This document shows positions 50,191 to 60,700 of a DNA stretch of 64,000 bases, in pieces. Within the stretch, counting starts at the first letter, position 1. Every line of letters begins with the position of its first letter. Source of the DNA: Giardia intestinalis (lineage: Eukaryota); the NCBI GenBank assembly GCA_000002435.2, contig CM018793.1. The stretch is one strand, 5' to 3'. The translations under genes were made by a program, and so were the position numbers. The notes under the pieces were generated by a model. The model ran no database searches and was not told the origin of the DNA. It worked only from the letters and a program-made list of their open reading frames with translations.

Positions 50191-50820
50191 ATGCCTGCAG
50201 ACGCCTCCGAAAACCTCGGCGATAGCGAATTTGCATGTCCCATCTGTATGTCCGATCCCAACTATCCTGTACTAACACAGTGCGGACACATATATTGCTA
50301 CTCATGTCTGAAGTTGTGGCTCACCAATTCTCGTGAATCCAACTGCGCCATGTGCCGAGCCCCAATTAGTTTATCAAGCGGTCTCACACCAGTGTATGCA
50401 GGCCGGAAAGAGGGAGAGGATCCGCGGCCCCACGAAGATCTCTGCAGGGAAATAAATGCTGCTCGAGAAGAACGGGACAGGGCCCGCAATCGTTTTCGCC
50501 TTCCACGGCTGAACGCACAGGTGAATTTTGCTGCACAAAATCTCACGCCTCTTGACCTACTCTTCAACGGGCTCTTGAATATACTACGAGAAAGAGCGGA
50601 TCAAGACGAGCAGGATCTAGATCAAGAAGATAGTGCCAGGCAAGCAGGCAATCCTAATGATGATCCTGTGCTTGTGGCGCGCAATAGGCGTCGACTCAAT
50701 GTGAAGCAGTTGATAAGGGCCGTTCTGTCTGGATTGCTGGTGGTCATTTGGGTGGCGATCCAGATGTACTTCAACACGCCAAGAATTCAGGTCTATAGAT
50801 TTAACGCTAATCAGGAGTGA
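50191..50820 (+). CDS. Membrane-anchored RING E3 ubiquitin ligase, RNF5/RNF185-like (ERAD-type)
   Basis: The N-terminal C3HC4 RING is CPICMSDPNYPVLTQCGHIYCYSCLKLWLTNSRESNCAMCRAPI. It lines up well with RNF5 ([45 protein letters not shown]). The C-terminus has a hydrophobic helix, LIRAVLSGLLVVIWVAIQMYF. ATG verified. Upstream reads AAAAAATTAAAAAAACAGAAG. Confidence 0.75.
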   Translation: MPADASENLGDSEFACPICMSDPNYPVLTQCGHIYCYSCLKLWLTNSRESNCAMCRAPISLSSGLTPVYAGRKEGEDPRPHEDLCREINAAREERDRARNRFRLPRLNAQVNFAAQNLTPLDLLFNGLLNILRERADQDEQDLDQEDSARQAGNPNDDPVLVARNRRRLNVKQLIRAVLSGLLVVIWVAIQMYFNTPRIQVYRFNANQE

Positions 50821-50892
50821 TAGTTTGTCTAGACCAGTTTCAAGAAACATGTCTTTGCCTTACTTCTATGGGCACCACTTTGGTCATTTCGC

Positions 50893-53550
50893 TCACTTTT
50901 GTTTCCCTCTTTTCTTGGCTTGCTTGTGGAGCTTTATGAACTGTTTGGCCTGTTTCTGCACTCTAACGATCATTATTATCCCAAAGATGAGCCCTGCTCC
51001 AACTATGCTACCGGAAAGAATACCGCAAATGAAATAAACGGTACTATAATCCATGTTCTGAATGGTACTCATCGTCATCATGGGGGATTTATAGCTCACA
51101 TAGTCAGCTATTGAGGGATCCACGGTGAGCTGTAGCCCTACAATACGCTGCTTGCGATATTTCCACATATCCTTTAGCGTAGCCAAGCAAGCCTTTTCAA
51201 TGGTGAGTGAGTTCATGGAAGAGACCTGGGGAGAGTCGCCCCTTTTGAAGTCAGTAGTGCACGAGAAATAGATGGTGGACACGAGAGTACTAAAGTTAAG
51301 ATGTTTGCTGAAGGATCCTAGCGTAGAGATCAGGTCGTCATTGGAGAAAATCTCCACAGAAGCTGTGAAAGGCATCTTGATGGATGGAAGAGCACAATCC
51401 TTCGCGCGCACGTTTTGAAGCTGAATACGTAGACCGTCATTCTCGATCACTGCGACTGTATAATTGAAACATGCCGGAGTGAGGGTGTCGAAGAAAAACT
51501 TTGATGCAGCAGCTGAGGTCGTCTCTCCCGGTCGACGGTAGCTGTACCCCAGAGATCCAGTGAACTTTGATATCGACCCATTGGCCCGCATGTAGTTGTA
51601 AAAGCGTAGTGTTTGCTCCTTCTCTTCCTTGGTAACAGCAAAGAAGAAAAGTCGCTTGTTGGCGTTGAATTGAAACTTGGGGAATTGGAAGGATAAGCTC
51701 ATCTTCTGACCGGTGACAAGGTTCTGAATATTAATGCGCATGTCAACTGTGTTCACGCCTTGTGGAAGCGTGCAGGAACTGATTGCCGTGCCGTTGGTTA
51801 CCAGCTGTACGTAGACAAGGTCTGGCAATATAAACGTGTCGATGGTTGAATAACACTCACTCCTGTATGAAGTCCTCAGTACGTCCATCTCTGTTGTTGA
51901 GCGAATGGTGATCTTATCGACGACTGCCTCCAGTTCAAAGGTGGCTCGAGTCCAGGGGTCTGCAATGAAACTATTCAAGAGAGCAATTTCTTCGGTATGA
52001 TCGTCATCATATTCCACACAATAGACGCCTGACTGGGGATCATAATGTTCACGGTTGGGATAGAAGGGATAGCTGGAACCATCAGACGACACTACAAACT
52101 GGAACTTTGTGATGCGGTAGTTGGCCAGAAAGGTGCATGTTCCCGTGGACTTCATGAAAGTACAGCATGCAAACTTCTCTGTTATCGACGTCTCCCCTGT
52201 GGTAGATCGCTCCGGGTTGCGAATTAGTAGTGTGGAAGCCAGGGAATCAAAGCAGTTAGCGTAATTGGCTGTTAATGTCGTCATAGATAATACTAGAGCA
52301 AAGCCCAGATGGGTATCTGTGTAAATGGCCATAGACGAGGCCTGACTAATTCTCATCGACTCGCAGCACTCACGAACGTGGTCAGCAGGACAGGATATGC
52401 AGATACTTTTTGTGTTAGTGTATGAGTAGTTGTTGAGCAAACGTCTAAGTGGCTGGGAATAGCTGCTAAAATTAATTTCTAAATAAACAGATTGTGGCAA
52501 ATGCAATCTACATAACTGATTGTGAGTTGGCTCAATCGTGAGGCATGCTTCGTAGGTCTGGTAATTGATTACAAGATGAACGTCCTCCTCCCAACAGTTT
52601 TCCAGCCGAACTAAGCTTATCTTTCCTGCGTTCTTATCGCAAAGACCTGTCTCCACATTGCAAACGTTGTAAGCGTCGCAGTCGCTATCCAATACACAAA
52701 AAAACTTGCATACACCCTTTATGCATCTAGAGTTGGGCAAGTACTTGCTGCAGACGCTGTTCCCCAGTTCAGCTGACGTAGTGGGACATTTTTTGTAACA
52801 AAAGTTGTTCCTGCATGTATAGTCAGCTGTGTTTGGGCAAGTAACTGATCCTGTCGGTGTGCACCCATAAAGACATTGACCGTCTGGACTGCAGGACAGG
52901 AGACAGGTGGGATCAACACACTTATAGAGGCACTTTCCCTGGTAGGAGCAGTGCATGAAGAGCGGGCAATCTGTATCTGTAACACAGTATCGATAGCACA
53001 TACCCAAGAAGGATTGATAAGTGATACCTTGGGACTTGATTAGATTGTTGTTACACTCGTCGTCAGTATCTCCAAGGGCGTAGCAGAATCCCTTATTGCA
53101 CACCGCTGTATCTCCACACGCAGAGCAACGCATCCGGCAGACTCCATCAGGCGAGCAACCATATGAATCTGTCTCGGGGCAGGGTGAGGGAAAGCATTTA
53201 AATTCGCACCGGGACGTCTTTGTATTACACAGCATCCCGGCTCCGCAATCGTCATCAAACAGGCAGCCCTTTTGGCAGTACCCCGCGATGCAAGTCATCC
53301 CTGAGGTCAGGTCACAGTCAGAATGGAACCGGCACATCTCGTAGCAGAGGAGAAGCTTCGGATGGCACATTAAGTGAATGCCCTTACTGTTTGATGGGCA
53401 TTGATGAGAGTTTTGACATTTTACCCTGCAGACGCTATCTGGTGCACAGAGTTGCGTGTAATCTGAACACTCTGGAACGCACGTCTGGACAAATCCGACT
53501 AAGAAAACAAGTAGCAGTGGATGCAATAGACCGAATGAGATAAGGTTCAT
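50893..53550 (-). CDS. Cysteine-rich (EGF-like-repeat) type I membrane protein. It is not a VSP.
   Basis: There is a signal peptide, then ~330 aa of spaced-Cys repeats (C..C...C.....C) rather than VSP-style CXXC. Then comes a ~480-aa Cys-poor ectodomain, one C-terminal TM (YFICGILSGSIVGAGLIFGIIMIV) and a short basic tail. It has no CRGKA ending. ATG verified. Confidence 0.8.
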   Translation of the reverse strand: MNLISFGLLHPLLLVFLVGFVQTCVPECSDYTQLCAPDSVCRVKCQNSHQCPSNSKGIHLMCHPKLLLCYEMCRFHSDCDLTSGMTCIAGYCQKGCLFDDDCGAGMLCNTKTSRCEFKCFPSPCPETDSYGCSPDGVCRMRCSACGDTAVCNKGFCYALGDTDDECNNNLIKSQGITYQSFLGMCYRYCVTDTDCPLFMHCSYQGKCLYKCVDPTCLLSCSPDGQCLYGCTPTGSVTCPNTADYTCRNNFCYKKCPTTSAELGNSVCSKYLPNSRCIKGVCKFFCVLDSDCDAYNVCNVETGLCDKNAGKISLVRLENCWEEDVHLVINYQTYEACLTIEPTHNQLCRLHLPQSVYLEINFSSYSQPLRRLLNNYSYTNTKSICISCPADHVRECCESMRISQASSMAIYTDTHLGFALVLSMTTLTANYANCFDSLASTLLIRNPERSTTGETSITEKFACCTFMKSTGTCTFLANYRITKFQFVVSSDGSSYPFYPNREHYDPQSGVYCVEYDDDHTEEIALLNSFIADPWTRATFELEAVVDKITIRSTTEMDVLRTSYRSECYSTIDTFILPDLVYVQLVTNGTAISSCTLPQGVNTVDMRINIQNLVTGQKMSLSFQFPKFQFNANKRLFFFAVTKEEKEQTLRFYNYMRANGSISKFTGSLGYSYRRPGETTSAAASKFFFDTLTPACFNYTVAVIENDGLRIQLQNVRAKDCALPSIKMPFTASVEIFSNDDLISTLGSFSKHLNFSTLVSTIYFSCTTDFKRGDSPQVSSMNSLTIEKACLATLKDMWKYRKQRIVGLQLTVDPSIADYVSYKSPMMTMSTIQNMDYSTVYFICGILSGSIVGAGLIFGIIMIVRVQKQAKQFIKLHKQAKKRGKQK

Positions 53551-53635
53551 GGAGGTTGGAGGCGAGAGGTGTACTTTGTGCTCTATTCTTTGCTAAAAAA
53601 TCAAAAAAGGTATAATTTGTGTAATTTTTACATGT

Positions 53636-54085
53636 TTGCAGTTTCACACTTTCTTTTCTAGGAAGCAGATGCGCATAGGTGAAAGACATGGGAATCCAGA
53701 TACGCAAAAACTTGTTCAGACAATCGTCTTTGGGCTGAATTTTCTTCTTACTTTTGTTGCTCTAACCTTTCTTTTTTTGGATCCCTATGAGCCTCCTCTT
53801 CCGATAATCTACATCAACTCCTTGGTTAACTTTCTTTTCCTCTCCCTCTACACACGGTTCACGTTTCCATACCCCGACGCGCTAGGATTTTCGCTTCTAA
53901 GTGTTCTGCGTTCGTCTGCTTTAACCTTTCTGATGCACCTCCCTCTCAGCATACAATACTTTAGAGAGACATCCGTTTTTTACTCGTACCTAATTTTGGT
54001 ACTCCTGGTCAACATTCATCACATTTATATCCTCATGCTCTGCGTTGACCTTAAAGTAGGAATACAAATGCTAAGCACTGTGTGA
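53636..54085 (+). CDS. Possible small hydrophobic protein (149 aa). Doubtful.
   Basis: It lies in a 760-bp pyrimidine-rich interval between divergent genes. The ORF has 3-4 hydrophobic helices, but the CT-rich low-complexity DNA could produce that by chance. Confidence 0.2.
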   Translation: MQFHTFFSRKQMRIGERHGNPDTQKLVQTIVFGLNFLLTFVALTFLFLDPYEPPLPIIYINSLVNFLFLSLYTRFTFPYPDALGFSLLSVLRSSALTFLMHLPLSIQYFRETSVFYSYLILVLLVNIHHIYILMLCVDLKVGIQMLSTV

Positions 54086-54312
54086 AGTAAATACAATCTA
54101 TAGCCCTAATCTGCGCTCCTGTACAGTTCTAGAATAATTTAAAAATGGAAACCAGAAACCAGGGGTAAGAAATGATCGAGACGATGAACAGATGATCTGA
54201 TTTCCAAGGAAAATAATTGTAGGCGTTTCCTGGAACAATACTAAAGCGATGGCAAGCTTATGTCCAAGCACGCGGAAACCATGTACCAAAGGTAAGCCCA
54301 ACGAAGAAAAAA

Positions 54313-55680
54313 ATGAAAGCCAGGTTTGTGAAGCAGACGTTGCTGGGCGAGGGCTCATATGGGCGCGCATATCTAGCCACCGACAATGTGTCAAATGAAA
54401 GTGTGGTCATCAAAGAATTTGTAGGGAAAAAGATGTCGACAAACGCCAAACGCCTTGCGATGGAGGAGTGTGCTCTGTTGTCCAAGATGAACAACCCAAA
54501 CATAGTCGCCTACTTCGGCCACTTTATGCAGAACGGCAATCTCTCTATAGTAATGGAGTACGCCAATAAGGGAGACCTCTCTGGACTGATAAATAAGGCA
54601 AACGGAAAGAGGATTAGCGAGGAAATCATCAAGGACATCTTCTACCAGCTCATCAAGGCCGTTGCGTACATACACAAAAGGAACATCCTCCACCGTGACA
54701 TCAAGGCGGGGAATATCTTCCTGACATCGGCGCCTGACAGCAATTTCTACCGCGTGATGCTGGCTGACTTTGGTGTGTCTAAGGTGCTCAGCAACGATGA
54801 CGCTTTAACAGAAACCCTAGCAGGCACTCCGTACTACCTATCTCCAGAACTGTGTAACTCTGAGCCATACGGGAAAAAGAGTGACATGTGGGCACTGGGT
54901 ATAGTCCTGTACGAACTGATGATGCTAACAACCCCCTTCAGGGGAAAGAACCTCCAGGCAGTGTCGGCAAGAATCACTCGTGGAAAGTTCCCTGAGATAA
55001 CCGGGCCGTACAGTGAGGCAATCAAGAATGTGTGCTATTCGCTTCTGCGCAACGATCCCAATGAAAGACCTTCTGCGGTACAGCTCCTAGATCACAAGAT
55101 GTTTAAGGGATACACTGAGCTCTACATTGCAGAGTCTGTCAGAGGCAACAAGACATACATCTCAAATCCCGCCTCTCCAGCACCGGAAACTGGCAACAGA
55201 AACAGTGTTAGCGGTGTCACCAGAGAACCATCGAGTGCAGAGGTGTCGCCCTCCAACGGATGCATCAAGCCATCTGACCCAATGGACAGCACACCCACGG
55301 AGCCTTATCTCATAGAGGTATCACCTTTGAAGATAGCCAAGAAGCAGTATCACCGCATATTGTGTGATCAGGTAGAGAAAGACGGCGACAACTCGGATTA
55401 CGAATGTATGAGTGAGTCTGCTCTGCACAACCTGGTCTACAGAAACAGCGTTCTACTCCAGCTAGCAGGGTATCGCAAGCAAATCGTCAATGAAATAGGG
55501 AATGATAGATTCCAGCAGTATCTGCAGAAGATTGCTGCTAGCGACCAGACGCAGTTGACCAGGAGTGCAATAGAGACTGTTGTCAGACAGATCTTAGTGG
55601 GCGAAAAGGAGAAGGCTATACTCACGGTGGTAGACTATGTGACGTGCTATACGTCATTTATGTGCTTCGAGCGCAACTAG
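54313..55680 (+). CDS. NEK-family serine/threonine protein kinase (predicted active)
   Basis: It has GEGSYGRAY, VVIKEF (with the lysine), HRDIKAGNIFL, DFGVSK, GTPYYLSPE and DMWALGIVLYEL. All catalytic motifs are intact. ATG verified. Confidence 0.9.
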   Translation: MKARFVKQTLLGEGSYGRAYLATDNVSNESVVIKEFVGKKMSTNAKRLAMEECALLSKMNNPNIVAYFGHFMQNGNLSIVMEYANKGDLSGLINKANGKRISEEIIKDIFYQLIKAVAYIHKRNILHRDIKAGNIFLTSAPDSNFYRVMLADFGVSKVLSNDDALTETLAGTPYYLSPELCNSEPYGKKSDMWALGIVLYELMMLTTPFRGKNLQAVSARITRGKFPEITGPYSEAIKNVCYSLLRNDPNERPSAVQLLDHKMFKGYTELYIAESVRGNKTYISNPASPAPETGNRNSVSGVTREPSSAEVSPSNGCIKPSDPMDSTPTEPYLIEVSPLKIAKKQYHRILCDQVEKDGDNSDYECMSESALHNLVYRNSVLLQLAGYRKQIVNEIGNDRFQQYLQKIAASDQTQLTRSAIETVVRQILVGEKEKAILTVVDYVTCYTSFMCFERN

Positions 55681-55716
55681 ACTAGGGGTGAGAAGAAGCA
55701 ATCTGTCCTCTAAGCT

Positions 55717-57702
55717 CTAAAGTCGAAGCTCTGGTATGTGTGCTGAGATCTCCTGCAAAAGATTGTTGCCAGCTTCATGCCGCTTTCCCGTTGGCTTGGT
55801 AAGCAGCACTGTTATGTTATGGGCAGGAATGATGGTTCCTAGAAGGGCTTCGTCGACAGTAAATGCAAAGTGCCTGTGAACTGTCGCGCCCGGAGGAAGG
55901 GGCGGTATGCGTGCCTGGCAAACCCTCAGCTTGAGGGGTGACGCGGCGCTGTTCACTATGAGCATCGCCCCCAGGGTAATTTCAGAAGATGCATTACACA
56001 CCGTTACAGTCAATGAGGCATTTAAGCCCGCAAGCTCAACAGATGTGACTGCTTGGAGAGTCGATGCCGTCACTGTTGCAGAGGGATCCTGCTCATCCTG
56101 TGCCATTGCCAACAAGGTCGCTTGAACCATTGCCTTAGCGTATGCTCTAGAGGAAATGAAGGACTTGAACATCTCCTGCTGGTCAGCGAGGGGAAGAACT
56201 TTGTCTTGTAGAGACAGAGCTTTGTTCCCCAGCTGTTCAACATCTAGCGGATGATCCTGAAGAGCTAATCTACCATCATCGGGAGAGCTCTTGTTCAGGT
56301 CAGTATTGGGTGCCAGTGGAAGATGCAGTAGCTTGTTTGCTGCTTGACGGACGTAGAAAACACCAAACAATCTCCGCGTAACATCCATGCCAGTACTTAA
56401 AGAGCTAGACCTGTGGGCATCAAGACTTAGCAGCCGTGAGAAGCAAAATGCCTTAAAGGACAAGCCTGCCGATAGTTGGTTCATTGATTCAAGATCTGAT
56501 TGCACCCGAACGATGGTAGTTACACCAGTTTCCGCAACAAAGGCGACAGCACCACTAGAAAGCGCGAGGGCGAAGCCAAGGAAAGGTCGGCCAAGATCCA
56601 CGTGGACTGCAGAAAGATGGGTGACCGTACAGGGCAATGCATAAACAAAGTCTAGTTTTCCCTTCGCAGAGAGGCGCAACAGATCATTAGTTTTATTACC
56701 AACAGTCACGGCGAAGATTGCACGGTTTATTCTGTGCACAAAGCGAAGGATAGAGCCAAAGCTAATAACGTTTTTAGCCAGTGAGCTACCGCGTAACGTA
56801 TAGATGGAGCCATGACCTGCAAGTATCGTGCCACGCCAAGTGGGCTCGTCGAGGGCAGTCACCTTGGATGCATGACCTTCAATCTGGATGCTTCTGGGGC
56901 GTTCAGGAAGCCGGATCGTTACTAGCACTTGAGTAAACCCGGGCGAATACACGTAGATAAAGCAGCACATGGTGCCTACTACTAAGACCTTGCCAGATGG
57001 ACCATTGTCAGAATCGAAAGCGTCAATGGTCAGAGTCCCTATACAAGTTATTTCGTCATGCACTGTTGTCAGGCTATCAAGTGTGTAATTATCAAGTAAG
57101 CGCGCGCGATTGCTTACAGCAGCCCCCGTGGATTGAAAGAGTCCTGTTTGCAAAGGATATTGTTCTGCCTTTGAATCTGCTGGGGAGGGGTCTGGCAGGG
57201 ATAAGAAGCGCTGGCTTAACTCTGAAAGGGTCTTTCTTTCTTGATGGAGCTCTTGCGACAAAGTTCTGAGAAGCTCCGCTGCTTCTGCTGAAGTTATATC
57301 CATAGCACAATATCTGCGCAAGATAGAGACTTCCCTATTATCCCTGCTTAAAGAGCTTGTAAGAGGAAGGTAGAAGATGGACGAGAGAGACGTGCTGTCG
57401 GCAGAAAGCAAGCCGACTACTGTCACATGGGTTCGAAAAATAATCGCCACAAACTCACGTGATGGAGTCATGTTAGGCAGAGAAATGACTGCAAGAGTAA
57501 CAGGATCTTCTAGGAGATCATAAGTGAGAGTTTGGTCACTAAATCCAGGAGCCAGACGAGGTTTTGCACGCCATAATAAAAGTTGCCGGCCAGCAATTAC
57601 CGCCACAGAGTAGGCACCAGAGCCATCAAGATCAATAGGCAGGAGGTCCACGGCATCAGAGGATGGCAGCGTTCCCACCTCCTCAGGCCCTTCAAAAAAC
57701 AT
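55717..57702 (-). CDS. Hypothetical protein (661 aa)
   Basis: Long ORF with a verified ATG. No family assigned. Confidence 0.75.
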   Translation of the reverse strand: MFFEGPEEVGTLPSSDAVDLLPIDLDGSGAYSVAVIAGRQLLLWRAKPRLAPGFSDQTLTYDLLEDPVTLAVISLPNMTPSREFVAIIFRTHVTVVGLLSADSTSLSSIFYLPLTSSLSRDNREVSILRRYCAMDITSAEAAELLRTLSQELHQERKTLSELSQRFLSLPDPSPADSKAEQYPLQTGLFQSTGAAVSNRARLLDNYTLDSLTTVHDEITCIGTLTIDAFDSDNGPSGKVLVVGTMCCFIYVYSPGFTQVLVTIRLPERPRSIQIEGHASKVTALDEPTWRGTILAGHGSIYTLRGSSLAKNVISFGSILRFVHRINRAIFAVTVGNKTNDLLRLSAKGKLDFVYALPCTVTHLSAVHVDLGRPFLGFALALSSGAVAFVAETGVTTIVRVQSDLESMNQLSAGLSFKAFCFSRLLSLDAHRSSSLSTGMDVTRRLFGVFYVRQAANKLLHLPLAPNTDLNKSSPDDGRLALQDHPLDVEQLGNKALSLQDKVLPLADQQEMFKSFISSRAYAKAMVQATLLAMAQDEQDPSATVTASTLQAVTSVELAGLNASLTVTVCNASSEITLGAMLIVNSAASPLKLRVCQARIPPLPPGATVHRHFAFTVDEALLGTIIPAHNITVLLTKPTGKRHEAGNNLLQEISAHIPELRL

Positions 57703-57728
57703 GTATGCCTAAAATTAAAAACTAGCAA

Positions 57729-60700
57729 ATGGAGGATCTTGCACCGCCGCCAGCCTTTGATCTCTCTGAACTGAGCGTCACGGAAGTAGATATAGCTGCA
57801 GAAATTGCTAAAGAGATGCAAAACCGGTCTAGGTCGACAGGGCATGATGCAGATTCCACCGAAATCGATGCTATGATCCAGCGAAGCAGGGACCTTATTG
57901 CGATGTTTGAGAAGCAAGTCTCTAAGGATGAGGCGGCACAGCTCCCGCCAAAGCAGCCAGGCAGCGCATCTGGAGCCCTTACAAAGGAAATTGGGACCGA
58001 TCAGGAGCCTATGCTTAACGTTGATACTGTCAGCGTTGGTGCAGCTGACACGGAAATCTCAGATGTCCAGACAGTCATAAAGATGTCAGCTTTACCGGCA
58101 TCCTCGGCTGAGTCTCGGACAACAACTCAACCTTCTTCTGCATCTTCAACGCCACAAACATCCCAGACACCGATATCTGGGGACAAAAAAACGTCTTCCA
58201 AGAGCAATAGTCGCTTACCGATACTAACAGACGCGGACGTTTTCGCCGCTCAAAATCAATTTCCGCCTACAAGCTGTCTACAAAATGCTGTTCTCACGGC
58301 GGAATTAGTGTCTCGTAGCAGTGAAGCAGCCCTAGAAGAGATCCATTCTGCTGGTTCAAGAACCAAGATCAAAATACCTACTCCAAACCTGCCTCTCCAG
58401 GCACTCCCACAGCAAGACGCTTTGCCCAAGCAACCCTCACCTGCAGGGCGCCTTCCTGCTCCAGGATTTCTTGCTGCACCAACAGCAGCGGGAGACAGCC
58501 ATCCAACTGTCTTTTCCGCTGAGCCGAACATCTCTGCTTCCATAGCTAGTTCCCTCACATCATCTACTAGATTATCTCTCAATTCTTCACTGCGAACTAT
58601 TCCTGTGGGGGCATCTTCACTCCCTCCTGTCGTAGCAAATCTTCCAGGACAGACAAACGTCCCTGCACACGTTGAAGAGCATATTCTAGAGCCTCCTCCT
58701 ATGTTCAACGACGATAGCAGTGACGCTCTTCCAGGGGCGCTGTCTGACAGTGTCCACAGTGATTCTCTGGCTCCCATGAAGATGGAAGCCCCGCCCCCCA
58801 AGCCAACAGCTATGATGGGTATACAGCCATCGCTGCATTCTATACCCAGCACTGACCACCTCAATTATGACGTAGAGGATGAAGAAGCTCTAGTGAAGGT
58901 GATAAGAATCTCTGGCGGTCTTACGGAGCAAAGCGGACAATCAGCTAGGCTAGCGGGGTCGCTTGGCACTTCTTCTAGGCTGCGTTTGGAATCTATGGTG
59001 CTGGCACCAAGTGCAAAGCACAGTCTGCCTCCTCCATCTCAGACAAGTTCGGCAGCTGAGAGGGAGACCCGAACACTTACTTTAGAAGAGAAGATAGATG
59101 CGCAAATAGCCAACTTGGAGAGGAGCCGACAGAATGTTGTGCTGACCAGAGAGGATCTGGCAAGCAATATAATAACGGGGAGATCACCTCCCAGAAGCAC
59201 GCATGGTATTGATCCACATCAAGGTTATGATCACTCTTCTTCAGCTAATAACGCACTCGTCACAGAGGGTGCTACGGGCTCTTTTACGAAGACAATTAAC
59301 GAAACCATTGAGCAATTGATCAAATCATCAAGCAAGCCAGAGTGCACCCCGACCAGGCCACTATCTACTAGCAGTATGGCTCTGGGTATGCCACAATCCA
59401 CTTCGGTGCCCACTGTGCAGCTGACGAGGTCCTCCCTGCATTCACGTTCTCAAGGAAAGCTAGAACAGATGGATGCTGGTACACCTTTAATAGACTCTGC
59501 TATTAACGCTGTGCACAGCGCCATGTCACCTTCCTCGAATAAGAAGCTAAATAGACCAGAAGAGCGTATGAAGGACAAGGAGCAACCCACCACCAGATTC
59601 TTTAGTGCAAAAGAACTAGCAACTATTCAAAAGCTTCCACAGTTGATGCCATCAGATCAGATTCGCTTTATGAGAGTCCTACAGCAGATTAGTGGTAACC
59701 ACACCCCTCAAGCGTCTTCTGCATCTCGTTCTGGAGCAACTGGAATACACGCTTCTAGCGAGTATCCCCCAGAGCTTACATTTGAATTTGTTGAGGGAAC
59801 CGGCGACCTCGTTGTCAAAGTCGTGCAACTCCTTAAGCAGTCGAACAGAAAGGTTTATCTGCCCGGAACAGTTTTCGAGGGTCTGGTAGAAGATAGCTAT
59901 AGGATAATGATCCCGGCATACCTTATCCCGCCGCGCCTATCGCTTACAAATAGATACTCCGCCAAGCTTCTGGAGTGGCGGCAAAGCAAGAAGATTGCAG
60001 ACGAAAAGGTACACTCAAACAAGGTTGCAAGCTACACAAAGTCTCTATTACCGTCCCAAAAGTCACTTAACTGGCTTGTGTCATTTGTTGACAATGTTTT
60101 TAGAGCCAGACATGTTTATTTGGAGAGAGAGGCAGAGAAGTGTCTGGACAATAATTTAGATGTCTTTGAACCGCAAAATTTCAGCGATTTTATAGATTCT
60201 TATATCAAGGGAAGGCTGGGGAACGTTCACCGAGCATCGGTACTTCGTGTAGAGTTGGAGGATGCCATCAGACGGTACTATTTTGTTTCTGCACATGCAC
60301 GCCTCTTGCATTTGTTTTGGGAGACCATCCACGAGGACACCGACAGAACCAATGGGTATGAAGAGCAGGATCCTAGCCCAATCTCGCCCTCATCGGTCTT
60401 GGACACAGACCTGAACACTCTTGATACGATGCCAAGGGTAAGCCTTCGCGCTTGTAACAAGAACTTCTCTGGCGGACAGGTGCGTGAATCGATGATACCA
60501 CAGCGCAAACTAAACTACACAAATCAGTGCTCAGCCTTTCTGTTAAACCTTAGGCAAGCATGCTCAACTATTTGCGTGGACAGACGCATCGTAATTCCGG
60601 AGCATTTGCGTAAACGCGCAGAGACACAGCTTATCCAGAAGGGCTTTGGAAAGGAGGTCTTCGCCACAGCCGGGGTAACCAAGCGTCACACGGCATCGGC

